In this document: piece after piece, positions 11,332 to 19,857 of the stretch
Position numbering within the stretch: the first letter of the stretch is position 1
Layout of the letters: each line of letters begins with the position of its first letter
DNA from: an uncultured Pseudomonadota bacterium
GTDB taxonomy: Bacteria; Pseudomonadota; Alphaproteobacteria; JACZXZ01
Assembly: GCA_963749075.1 (NCBI GenBank)
Contig: CAVVLJ010000017.1
Location: 96,001-160,000, forward strand
Direction: 5' to 3'
DNA length: 64,000 nucleotides
Program-made: the position numbers and the translations under genes
Notes under the pieces: generated by a model
What the model saw: only the letters and a program-made list of their open reading frames with translations
The model's database searches: none
What the model was told of the DNA's origin: nothing

Positions 11332-12957
11332 TCAAAATAGATAGCGGAAGAGGGCGAACAGCGACCCCGACAGCATGATCGCGGCCGGCAACGTCAGCAC
11401 CCAGGCGAGGACCATGTTCTTGATCGTGCTGGCTTGCAGGCCCGAACGGTTCGCCGCCATGGTGCCTGCGACGCCGGAAGAGAGCACATGGGTGGTGCTC
11501 ACCGGCAATCCGTAACTGTCCGCCGCCATGATCAAGCCCATGGCCACGAGCTCGGCCGAGGCGCCCTGGCCATAGGTCAGATGCTGCTTGCCGATCTTTT
11601 CGCCGACGGTGACGACGATGCGCTTCCAGCCGACCATCGTGCCTAAGCCGAGCGCGATCGCCACCGCGACCTTGACCCAGATCGGAATGAACTTGGTCCC
11701 GGTGTCGAGCGCCTTCTTATAGGTGTTCAACGTGGCGACATCGTCCGTCGACAGATCGGCTTCCTTGTCCTTCATCAGGAGACGCAGCGCTTCCGAGGCG
11801 AGATACATGTCGTTGCGCGTGTTGCCCACCGCCGCCGAAGGCAGTTTCGCCAACGAGCCGTACTGCTTGACCTGCTCGCCGATCTGGCTCACCAGAACGG
11901 CGAGCGACGGGAATGTCCCCTCGCTCAACTTGTGTTGTGCTACATAGAGGGTCACGGCCGGCCGCGGATTGCCGAGGACGTTGTATCCCGCGGCCTTCTT
12001 CTCGATGACCTGAGCCACTGCGGCCGAAGCTTTCTCGAATTCGGGACCAAAGCTGGCGGGCAACGAGCGGTTGAGGGCATAGGTCGTCGGCACCGTGCCG
12101 ATCAGGATCAGCATGATCAGGCCCATGCCCTTTTGCCCGTCGTTCGAGCCGTGGGCGAAGCTGACGCCGGTGCAGGTCAGGATCAAGAGACCGCGGATCC
12201 ACCAGGGCGGCGGTGTCGCGCTTTCGGGCGCCTTGTAAAGCGCCGGAATGCGGATCAGGGCCTTGGCGATGAGCAACACGACGGCGGAGAGGACGAAGCC
12301 GGCGAGCGGCGAAAACAGCAGCGACTTGCCGACCCCGAGCGCTTGGCCCCAGTCGACGCCGCTGGTGCCGCTGTTCCCCGCGGCCATGATCTGGTTCATC
12401 ACCCCGACGCCGATGATCGACCCGATCAGGGCATGCGAGCTCGAATTCGGGATGCCGAAATACCAGGTCGCGAGGTTCCAGATGATCGCGGCGATGAGGA
12501 GGGCGAAGACCATGGCGAAGCCGGCATTGCTGCCGACTTGCAGGATGAGCTCGACCGGCAACAGCGAGATGATGCCGAAGGCGACCGCCCCGGTCGAGGT
12601 CAGCACGCCCAGGAAGTTGAAGAACCCGGACCAGATCACCGCGAAATAAGCCGGCAGCGAATGGGTGTAGATGACGGTCGCCACCGCATTCGCGGTATCG
12701 TGGAAGCCGTTGACGAACTCGAAGCCGAGCGCGATGAGCAGCGCCAGGCCGAGCAGCGAGTACACGAGCACGCCGACGGATGGTGCTGCCGCCAGATCGG
12801 AGAGCAGTGCATACGCGGCATAGGCCGCGCCGATGGCCAGCACGCCGAGGGCAATGAACGGGCCGGCCTGACTGGACCACCCCGGAATGCCCGACGAATG
12901 CAGCGGATGTGTTTGCTCGAGGTGGACCGCCCCGCGATTGATCGCCTCTTCGCTCAT
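11332..12957 (-). CDS. pitA: Inorganic phosphate transporter (PiT family)
   Basis: NGFHDTANAVAT, HGSNDGQK and PVSTTHVLSS signatures. Confidence 0.93.
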   Translation of the reverse strand: MSEEAINRGAVHLEQTHPLHSSGIPGWSSQAGPFIALGVLAIGAAYAAYALLSDLAAAPSVGVLVYSLLGLALLIALGFEFVNGFHDTANAVATVIYTHSLPAYFAVIWSGFFNFLGVLTSTGAVAFGIISLLPVELILQVGSNAGFAMVFALLIAAIIWNLATWYFGIPNSSSHALIGSIIGVGVMNQIMAAGNSGTSGVDWGQALGVGKSLLFSPLAGFVLSAVVLLIAKALIRIPALYKAPESATPPPWWIRGLLILTCTGVSFAHGSNDGQKGMGLIMLILIGTVPTTYALNRSLPASFGPEFEKASAAVAQVIEKKAAGYNVLGNPRPAVTLYVAQHKLSEGTFPSLAVLVSQIGEQVKQYGSLAKLPSAAVGNTRNDMYLASEALRLLMKDKEADLSTDDVATLNTYKKALDTGTKFIPIWVKVAVAIALGLGTMVGWKRIVVTVGEKIGKQHLTYGQGASAELVAMGLIMAADSYGLPVSTTHVLSSGVAGTMAANRSGLQASTIKNMVLAWVLTLPAAIMLSGSLFALFRYLF

Positions 12958-13178
12958 CTTCGCCCCCATTTTTTTCGCCGAGCCGCCAGCGCGACTTCGC
13001 CGGGGCACGATCTATACCCGTTCTCAGTGAAGTATCCATGACAGCTGGCGGCGGCCGCGACCGCCCGAGCGTCCGCTCCCGGCAAATGCGGGAAATGCTG
13101 GCTGGCGCCCGACGGGTCTTTAGGTTTCCAAAGCGGGGCTCGCCATCCGGCCAGTGGCGATGCTTATGAATTCATGCC

Positions 13179-14327
13179 CTAATAGACCCCGCCCTCCCCG
13201 CCCTCCATGTCGCTGACCCGCACCTTGCCGCGAATCACGCGGAAGACGTAGGCCGTGTAGACGAGCACAATCGGCAGGAAGATGATCGTGGCCACCAGCA
13301 TGGTGAAGAGCGTCGAGCGGCTGCTCGAGGCGTCCCACACGGTGAGGCTGCTCCTGGGATCGCTCGAGGAGGGCAGCAGGAAGGGAAAGAGGCTCAAGCC
13401 CGCGGTCGCGATCACTCCGGCCACGGCCAGGCTGCTGGCCACGAAGGCGAGGAGCGGCCTCCTGAGCTGCAGGAGGCCCGCCGCCGCCGCGGCACCCACG
13501 TAGACGAGCGCAGGTGCGAGCGCCGTCAAGGGGTGGATGCCATAATTGCGGAACCACGCCCCGCCTACGCGCACGACGGTCTTGGCGAGCGGGTTGGACG
13601 GCCCGGCCGGATCGATCGCACTCCTGATGACGTAGCCGTCGATGGCGAAGGCGAGCCACAGCCCGCCGATGGTGAAGAGAAGGAGGAGTGCTGCGGCCGC
13701 GAGCCATACGGCGGTGCGTGCCCGCTCGGCGATCTCGCCCTCGGTCTTGAGTGCCAGGAAGGCGCCGCCCTGCATCGCCAGCATGGCGACGCTCACCAGC
13801 CCGCAAAGGAGGGCGAAGGGATTGAGGAGGCCCAGGAGCCCGCCCTCGTAAGCCACGCGCAGCGTGTCGTCGAAGTGGAAGGGCACGCCCTCGAAGAGGT
13901 TGCCGAAAGCGACGCCGAAGACGAGCGATGGCACCACGCCGGTCAAGAAGAAGGCCCAATCCCACGTGCGGCGCCAGGCGGCACCCTCGAGCTTGCTGTG
14001 GAAGGTGAACGAGGCCGGCCGCAAGATGAGGGCGGCGAGCACCAGGAACATGGCGAGGTAGAAGCCCGAGAAGGAGACCGCGTAGAGCGGCGGCCAGGCG
14101 GCGAAGGCGGCACCGCCGCCCAGCACGAACCACACCTGGTTGCCCTCCCACACCGGCCCGATGACGTTGAGCAGCACGCGCTTCTGCGCGTCGCCCCGCG
14201 CCACGAAGGGCTGCAGCATGGCGATCCCGAGGTCGAAGCCGTCCATCACCGCGAAACCGATGAGGATGGTGCCCAGGAGGGCCCACCAGATGAAGCGCAG
14301 CAAGCCGTAGCCGAGAGGGATGTCCAT
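13179..14327 (-). CDS. cydB: Cytochrome bd ubiquinol oxidase subunit II
   Basis: MDGFDLG and PVWEGNQVW motifs. Confidence 0.95.
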   Translation of the reverse strand: MDIPLGYGLLRFIWWALLGTILIGFAVMDGFDLGIAMLQPFVARGDAQKRVLLNVIGPVWEGNQVWFVLGGGAAFAAWPPLYAVSFSGFYLAMFLVLAALILRPASFTFHSKLEGAAWRRTWDWAFFLTGVVPSLVFGVAFGNLFEGVPFHFDDTLRVAYEGGLLGLLNPFALLCGLVSVAMLAMQGGAFLALKTEGEIAERARTAVWLAAAALLLLFTIGGLWLAFAIDGYVIRSAIDPAGPSNPLAKTVVRVGGAWFRNYGIHPLTALAPALVYVGAAAAAGLLQLRRPLLAFVASSLAVAGVIATAGLSLFPFLLPSSSDPRSSLTVWDASSSRSTLFTMLVATIIFLPIVLVYTAYVFRVIRGKVRVSDMEGGEGGVY

Positions 14328-14330
14328 CGC

Positions 14331-15866
14331 TCAATGCCCGCCGCTGGAGGCCGTACTGGGTCCGAGCCGGATGTATTTGACGAGCAGGTAAACGTCGACG
14401 ATCGCAAGCGTCGAATAGAACAGGACGAAGCCGAGCAGGCTGAAGAGCACGTTGCCGAACGGCGTCGAGGACGCGCCGAGGAAGGTGGGCAAGACGCCCT
14501 CGATCGCCCAGGGCTGGCGTCCGTACTCGGCGACGATCCAGCCGAGCTCGGCGGCGATCCAGGGGAGCGGCAGGCTCACGGCGGCGAGTTTGAGGAACCA
14601 GCTCCGCTCGAGCTCGCGGCGCGAGGCGAGATAGAAGGCGAGCGCAAAGAGGGCGATGAAATAGAAGCCGCAGCCAACCATGAAGCGGAAGGCCCAGAAG
14701 AGCACCAGCACATTGGGCACCGTCGACAGCGCCGCCTCGTGGATCTCCGCGTCGCTTGCGTCGAGGATGTCCGGCCGGATGCGCTTCAGGAGGAGCGCGT
14801 AGCCGAGGTTGTCGAAGAAGGGCTGCATCGCCGGCGTCACCGCGCCCGCGACCTTGCCGCCGGCACGCAGCGCCTCGAGCTCGCGGTAGGCGATGAGGCC
14901 GTTGCGGATGCGCTGATCGGCCTCGCCGACGAGCTGCTTGATGCCCGCCACGGGCGTGTCGAGCGAGCGCGTGGCGATCAGCCCCATGAGCCACGGCACG
15001 CGGAGCGCGTCATGCGTCGTCTCCGCGGCGCGGTCGGGAATGCCGAAGATGGTGAAGCTCGCGGGCGGCGGCTGGGTCTCCCACATCGCCTCGATCGCGG
15101 CGATCTTCATCTTCTGGTTGAGCGTCGCCTCGTAACCGCTCTCGTCGCCGAGCACCACGACGGAGAGCGCCGAGGCGAGGCCGAAGCTGGCCGCCACCGT
15201 GAGCGAGCGTTTGGCGAACGCCACGTGGCGGCCGCGCAAGAGATACCAGGCGGCGACGGCGAGCACGAACATGGAGCCGGTCACGTAGCCGGCGCCCACG
15301 GTATGCACGAACTTGCTCTGCGCCACCGGGTTGAAGAGCACATCCGCGAAGGAGGTGACCTCCATGCGCATGGTCGCCGGGTTGAAGCTGGCGCCTACGG
15401 GATTCTGCATCCAGCCGTTGGCGACCAGGATCCAGAGGGCCGAGAGGTTGCTGCCGATCGCCACGAGCCAGGTCACGGCAAGATGGCCGAGCTTGCTCAT
15501 GCGGTCCCAGCCGAAGAAGAAGAGCCCGACGAAGGTCGCCTCGAGAAAGAAGGCCATGAGGCCCTCGATCGCCAGCGGGGCGCCGAAGACGTTGCCGACG
15601 TAATGGGCGTAATAGGCCCAGTTGGTGCCGAACTGGAACTCCATGGTGATGCCGGTGGCCACCCCCATGGCGAAGTTGATGCCGAAGAGCGTACCCCAGA
15701 ACTTCGTCATCTCGCGCCACACGGTGCGACCCGTCATGACGTAGACGCTTTCCATGATGGCGAGCAGGAGCGAAAGGCCGAGCGTCAGCGGGACGAAGAG
15801 AAAGTGATAGAGCGCCGTGAGCGCGAACTGCAGGCGCGAGAGATCGACGACGCCGAGCTCGGGCAT
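14331..15866 (-). CDS. cydA: Cytochrome bd ubiquinol oxidase subunit I
   Basis: SRLQFALTALYHFLFVP, EFQFGTNW, KIAAIEAMWET and GRQPW motifs; long Q-loop. Confidence 0.96.
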   Translation of the reverse strand: MPELGVVDLSRLQFALTALYHFLFVPLTLGLSLLLAIMESVYVMTGRTVWREMTKFWGTLFGINFAMGVATGITMEFQFGTNWAYYAHYVGNVFGAPLAIEGLMAFFLEATFVGLFFFGWDRMSKLGHLAVTWLVAIGSNLSALWILVANGWMQNPVGASFNPATMRMEVTSFADVLFNPVAQSKFVHTVGAGYVTGSMFVLAVAAWYLLRGRHVAFAKRSLTVAASFGLASALSVVVLGDESGYEATLNQKMKIAAIEAMWETQPPPASFTIFGIPDRAAETTHDALRVPWLMGLIATRSLDTPVAGIKQLVGEADQRIRNGLIAYRELEALRAGGKVAGAVTPAMQPFFDNLGYALLLKRIRPDILDASDAEIHEAALSTVPNVLVLFWAFRFMVGCGFYFIALFALAFYLASRRELERSWFLKLAAVSLPLPWIAAELGWIVAEYGRQPWAIEGVLPTFLGASSTPFGNVLFSLLGFVLFYSTLAIVDVYLLVKYIRLGPSTASSGGH

Positions 15867-15867
15867 C

Positions 15868-16041
15868 TCAGCGCCCCGCGCCGGCGGCGGCAGGTGCGAG
15901 GATGTGCGCACCGGCGGCGGCCGTCGTCACGCGCATGCTGTGGGCGGGACCGAAGAAGGCCGCGTAGAGGAGCGCCAGCGCCACGGCCTTGCCGGCAAGC
16001 GCCAAGCCGATCTCGCGCGCGAGCGCAGTTCGTCGCCGCAT
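15868..16041 (-). CDS. cydP: Small single-TM protein, CydP-like putative cytochrome bd accessory subunit
   Basis: 57 aa, MRRRTALAREIGLALAGKAVALALLYAAFFGP. Stop lies 1 nt before the cydA start. Confidence 0.7.
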   Translation of the reverse strand: MRRRTALAREIGLALAGKAVALALLYAAFFGPAHSMRVTTAAAGAHILAPAAAGAGR

Positions 16042-16159
16042 CGCCCCCTTCCTCCCGGCGCCATGCGGCGCGCCGGAGCAGGCGCCCGTCTGCGAGCGCC
16101 GAGCGAGAGCTTGCCCCGGCGCGTGGGTGGATGCAACCGTCTCTTTAGCCCCCGTCTCT

Positions 16160-16972
16160 TCAGCAACGGCCGCCGCCTGCGGCATGGCGCTCGAGGAAAT
16201 CCGCCACCGCCTCGCCCGCCCCGTGGCTGTAGAGATCGTCGTGGCCGGCCTCGGGCAAGAGGCAGAGCTCCTTGGGCTCGTCCGCCGCGGCGAAGAGGCG
16301 CTTGCCGAAGCGGACCGGGACCACGCGGTCGCGCTCGCCGTGCACGATGAGGAGCGGCGTCGCGACGGCGGCGATGCGCGCGATCGATTCGAAGCGGTCG
16401 CGCAGCAGCCAGCGCGCGGGCGTCCACCAATAATGGTATGCCGCCACGTCGGGGAGCGAGGTGAAGGGAGCCTCGAGCACGAGCGCTGCTGTGGCGCGCT
16501 CCGCGGCCATCCGGCTCGCCACGCCGGTGCCGAGGGATTCGCCGTAGATCACGGTGTCATCGGGCGCCACCCTTTGCGCCGCGAGAAAATCGAGGGCCGC
16601 GCGCGCATCCTCGTAGACCCCCGCCTCGCTGGGCCGTCCCGGATTGCCGCTATATCCGCGATAGCCCGCGAGAAGGAAGCCGTAGCCGCGGTCGAGGAAA
16701 AAGCGCGCCTTGTAGGCGCGGTCGCCGAAATGGCCCGCGTTGCCGTGATAATAGACGATGGTCGGGCGCCCCGCCGCGGGGCCGTACCAGCCCTTGAGGG
16801 CAAGCCCGTCGGCGCTTCTGTAGCGCGCGACGCGCATCTCCGGCACCCCCGCTTCCGCGGGCGAGCCCGGCTTGCCGATGGGCACGAAGACGAGGCGGCG
16901 CTGGAAGACGTAGAGCGCGCCGTTGGCGCCGAGGTAGATGGCGGCGGCTCCCGCCACCACGAGGTCAAGCAT
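16160..16972 (-). CDS. Alpha/beta hydrolase with N-terminal anchor
   Basis: HGNAG, GESLG nucleophile elbow, HGERD and AGHDD. AGGAG RBS before the ATG at 16972. Confidence 0.88.
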   Translation of the reverse strand: MLDLVVAGAAAIYLGANGALYVFQRRLVFVPIGKPGSPAEAGVPEMRVARYRSADGLALKGWYGPAAGRPTIVYYHGNAGHFGDRAYKARFFLDRGYGFLLAGYRGYSGNPGRPSEAGVYEDARAALDFLAAQRVAPDDTVIYGESLGTGVASRMAAERATAALVLEAPFTSLPDVAAYHYWWTPARWLLRDRFESIARIAAVATPLLIVHGERDRVVPVRFGKRLFAAADEPKELCLLPEAGHDDLYSHGAGEAVADFLERHAAGGGRC

Positions 16973-17152
16973 GCGAGCGCTCCTGCCGCGGCCTTCCGGC
17001 GGGCGTTCCCCAGGCTGCCGGGGCGCCTCTCTCGACATATTGTGATTGCCTTCTCTTTGCCCGCGTCAACCCCCCATGCGATAGTGGCGGCGTGGCAAGC
17101 ACGAGAGCCGGATCGACCCGCATGAGGCCCGCGGCTTCGCGGCGCCCGGACG

Positions 17153-18889
17153 ATGACCGCCGCCGCTGAGCCGGCATTCGGCGCCGCGGGCCAATTGCTG
17201 CGCGCGGACGTGGTCATGCGGCGGCTCAGGAGCGCCACGGGCCTGGTGCTCTTCAGCTACGTGCTGACGCATCTCGTCAACCACGCCCTCGGCCTCATCT
17301 CGCTCGAGGCGCAGAGCGCCGGCGCCGTGTGGTTTCTCGCCGTCTGGCGCAATCCGGTCGCGACGACGCTGCTCTACGGCTCGGCACTCATCCATATTTC
17401 CCTCGCCTTCGTGCGGCTCTACCAGCGCCGCTCCCTGCGCATGCCCGTGTGGGAGGCCGCTCAGCTCATCCTCGGGCTCGCCATACCTCCCCTCCTCGCC
17501 GAGCACGTCCTCGCCACGCGCCTCGCCAACGAGCTGCTCGACTTGCAGGACAGCTACTTCTACGTCGAGCTCGTCTTGTGGCGGTTCTCGCCCTGGCTCG
17601 GCGTCATGCAGGTCGCGGTGCTCATCGTCGCCTGGCTCCACGGCTGCATCGGCCTGCATTTCTGGCTGCGCCTGCGTCCCTGGTACCGCAGCCACATCGC
17701 CTATTTCTACGCCGTCGCCATCCTGGTGCCCGTGCTGTCGCTGCTCGGCTTCGCCGAGGCGGGGCGCGAGATCGACGAGCTGGCGCTCGACCCGCAGCGC
17801 TTCCAGGCGGCGATCGCGGCGATCAATCTGCCGACGGCCGCGGCCGCGGCGGTGATCTATCAGGTGCGGGACGGCTTCCTCTACGGCTTCGCGGCCGCGA
17901 TTGCGGGCGTGCTGGCGGCCCGCCTGGTGCGCGCCCGCCTCGAGCGGCGCCGCGGCGTGGTGCGCGTGAGCTATCCAGGCGGCCGGCTCGTCGAGGCCTC
18001 GCCGGGCGCCAGCCTGCTCGAGATCAGCCGTGCCGCGGGCATTCCCCACGCCTCGGTCTGCGGCGGCCGAGGGCGCTGCTCGACTTGCCGCGTGCGCGTG
18101 AGCGCCGGGCTCGAGCAGCAGCCGCCCGCGAGCCGCGAGGAGCTGCGCGTGCTTCATCGCGTGGGAGCGCCGCCCGGCGTGCGCCTCGCCTGCCAGCTCC
18201 GCCCGCTGGGCGAGCTCAGCGTGATCCCGCTCCTGCCGTCCACGGCGACCGCGCGCGACTCGGCGGGCCGGCCGCGCCATTACCAGGGCGAGGAGCTCGA
18301 GATCGCCATCCTCTTCGCCGATCTGCGCGCCTTCACCAAGTTCTCGGAGCGGCGCCTCCCCTACGACGTGGTTTTCGTGCTCAACCGCTATTTCGCCGCC
18401 ATGGGGCAGGCCGTCGAGGCGGCGGGCGGCCGGCTCGACAAGTTCATCGGCGACGGCGTCATGGCTCTCTTCGGCATCGATGACGGGCCCGAGCGCGGCT
18501 GCCGCGCCGCGCTGGCGGCGGCGCGCGCCATGGTCGAGCAGCTCGCCGCGCTCAACCGCCTGCTCTCCCACGAGCTGAGCGAGCCCTTGCGCATCGGCAT
18601 CGGCATCCACGCGGGGCCGGCGATCGTCGGCGAGATGGGCTACGAGCGCGCCACCACGCTCACCGCCGTCGGCGATGCGGTCAATACGGCAAGCCGGCTC
18701 GAGAGCCTGACCAAGGACTATGCCGCCGAGCTCGTGGTCTCGGAGCAGGTGGTGCGCTACGCCGGCCTCGACCCCGGCCGCTTCCCCCACCACGAGATCA
18801 TGGTGCGCGGCCGCCAGCAGCCGCTCGTCATCCTCGTCATCGCCGACACCGCGGCCCTCAGCGAAGGATCGGAGAAGGTGCCGGCGTAA
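17153..18889 (+). CDS. Membrane-anchored adenylate cyclase with His-rich (heme-type) TM domain and 2Fe-2S ferredoxin domain (CyaC-like)
   Basis: TM His residues (THLVNH, LIH, AEH, LHGCIGLH), CGGRGRCSTC...RLAC ferredoxin motif, cyclase motifs FADLRAF, DKFIGDG and VNTASRLE. Confidence 0.9.
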   Translation: MTAAAEPAFGAAGQLLRADVVMRRLRSATGLVLFSYVLTHLVNHALGLISLEAQSAGAVWFLAVWRNPVATTLLYGSALIHISLAFVRLYQRRSLRMPVWEAAQLILGLAIPPLLAEHVLATRLANELLDLQDSYFYVELVLWRFSPWLGVMQVAVLIVAWLHGCIGLHFWLRLRPWYRSHIAYFYAVAILVPVLSLLGFAEAGREIDELALDPQRFQAAIAAINLPTAAAAAVIYQVRDGFLYGFAAAIAGVLAARLVRARLERRRGVVRVSYPGGRLVEASPGASLLEISRAAGIPHASVCGGRGRCSTCRVRVSAGLEQQPPASREELRVLHRVGAPPGVRLACQLRPLGELSVIPLLPSTATARDSAGRPRHYQGEELEIAILFADLRAFTKFSERRLPYDVVFVLNRYFAAMGQAVEAAGGRLDKFIGDGVMALFGIDDGPERGCRAALAAARAMVEQLAALNRLLSHELSEPLRIGIGIHAGPAIVGEMGYERATTLTAVGDAVNTASRLESLTKDYAAELVVSEQVVRYAGLDPGRFPHHEIMVRGRQQPLVILVIADTAALSEGSEKVPA

Positions 18890-18916
18890 CGCTCGCCAAT
18901 CGCTGAAGCGCGCGTC

Positions 18917-19016
18917 ACCCCCTCCCCACCCTCCCCCCTCAAGGGGGAGGGGGTATTTTGTTGCCTTGCCATAGAGTTCCCCTCCCCCCTTGAGGGGGAG
19001 GGTTAGGGAGGGGGGT
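18917..19016. repeat. G/C-rich palindromic intergenic repeat (copy 1)
   Basis: CCCCTCCCCACCCTCCCCCCTCAAGGGGGAGGGG...CCCCTCCCCCCTTGAGGGGGAGGGTTAGGGAGGGG between convergent genes. Confidence 0.85.
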
Positions 19017-19107
19017 GCGCTGTGCCGCAACGATTCCAAGCATTAGGGGCAAAAAAGCGTGGTGGCATCAACCTCTCGCGCGGCAACACGCCGTTGCCGC
19101 GGCAACC

Positions 19108-19587
19108 TCAGCTGCTCTTCTTGGCATCGATGGCGGATTTGAGGGCGCGATACTCCGCGCAGCCGGAGTTGCACAGCTTGGCGAGCCGGGCGAGGCGCTC
19201 TTGGGCCTTGGGCATGTCGCCCGTCGCGAGATAGAGCTCGCCCAAATATTCGTTGGCGCCGAGATGGCCGGGATTGATCGCCAGTGCCTTCTCGTAGGCC
19301 GAGAGCGCGTCGGGGAACTTGCCGAGCTTGCGCTCGGAGAAGCCGATATAGTTCCACGCGTCGGCATTCTTCGGGTTGCGCTCGACGACCTTCTTCAGGT
19401 GGGCGAGAGCCTCGTCGTAGCGGCCGCCCTGGGCCGCACTGGCACCCGCCGCGTAATCGGGATCCTCGCTCGAGCTCTTGGCAGCGGGGCTCGAGCTGGG
19501 ACCGCCCATGGTCCAAGCGGTGCCCGCCGAGCCCAGGATGAGGGCCGCGGCAAGCGCCGCAAGAACGCCCTTGAGCATCGCATTCAT
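19108..19587 (-). CDS. Secreted TPR-repeat protein
   Basis: Signal peptide followed by TPR helices (NPKNADAWNYIG, YEKALAINP, ANEYLGELY). AAGGAG RBS. Confidence 0.88.
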   Translation of the reverse strand: MNAMLKGVLAALAAALILGSAGTAWTMGGPSSSPAAKSSSEDPDYAAGASAAQGGRYDEALAHLKKVVERNPKNADAWNYIGFSERKLGKFPDALSAYEKALAINPGHLGANEYLGELYLATGDMPKAQERLARLAKLCNSGCAEYRALKSAIDAKKSS

Positions 19588-19857
19588 CGCAGTCTCCTTC
19601 CGAATTCGACTCTCGCTGGCGCCCCTCACCCTCGTCCACACCGCCATTCATGCCATAATCCCGGGCGGCCAGGAGCGTCATTCGCGACTCCGTCACGAAG
19701 AATTGAGTGCCCCGGGCGGCGCGCGCGCTCGCCGCCTCGAGCGTCGAAGCGGCTGGAAAAATCCCAGCCGAGACCATATTTTGGCATCATTTCCGCCATT
19801 TTGCGATTGCCGCAATGGCGGACGGTCACGAGAGGAGCCGGGCGCGGAGCCCATAGG

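Noticed and set aside
17041-17070. CRP- or FNR-like site upstream of the CyaC-like cyclase (TGTGA...; TTGCCCGCGTCAA)
   Set aside because: Only a half-site matches or the spacing is wrong, which is too weak to call.
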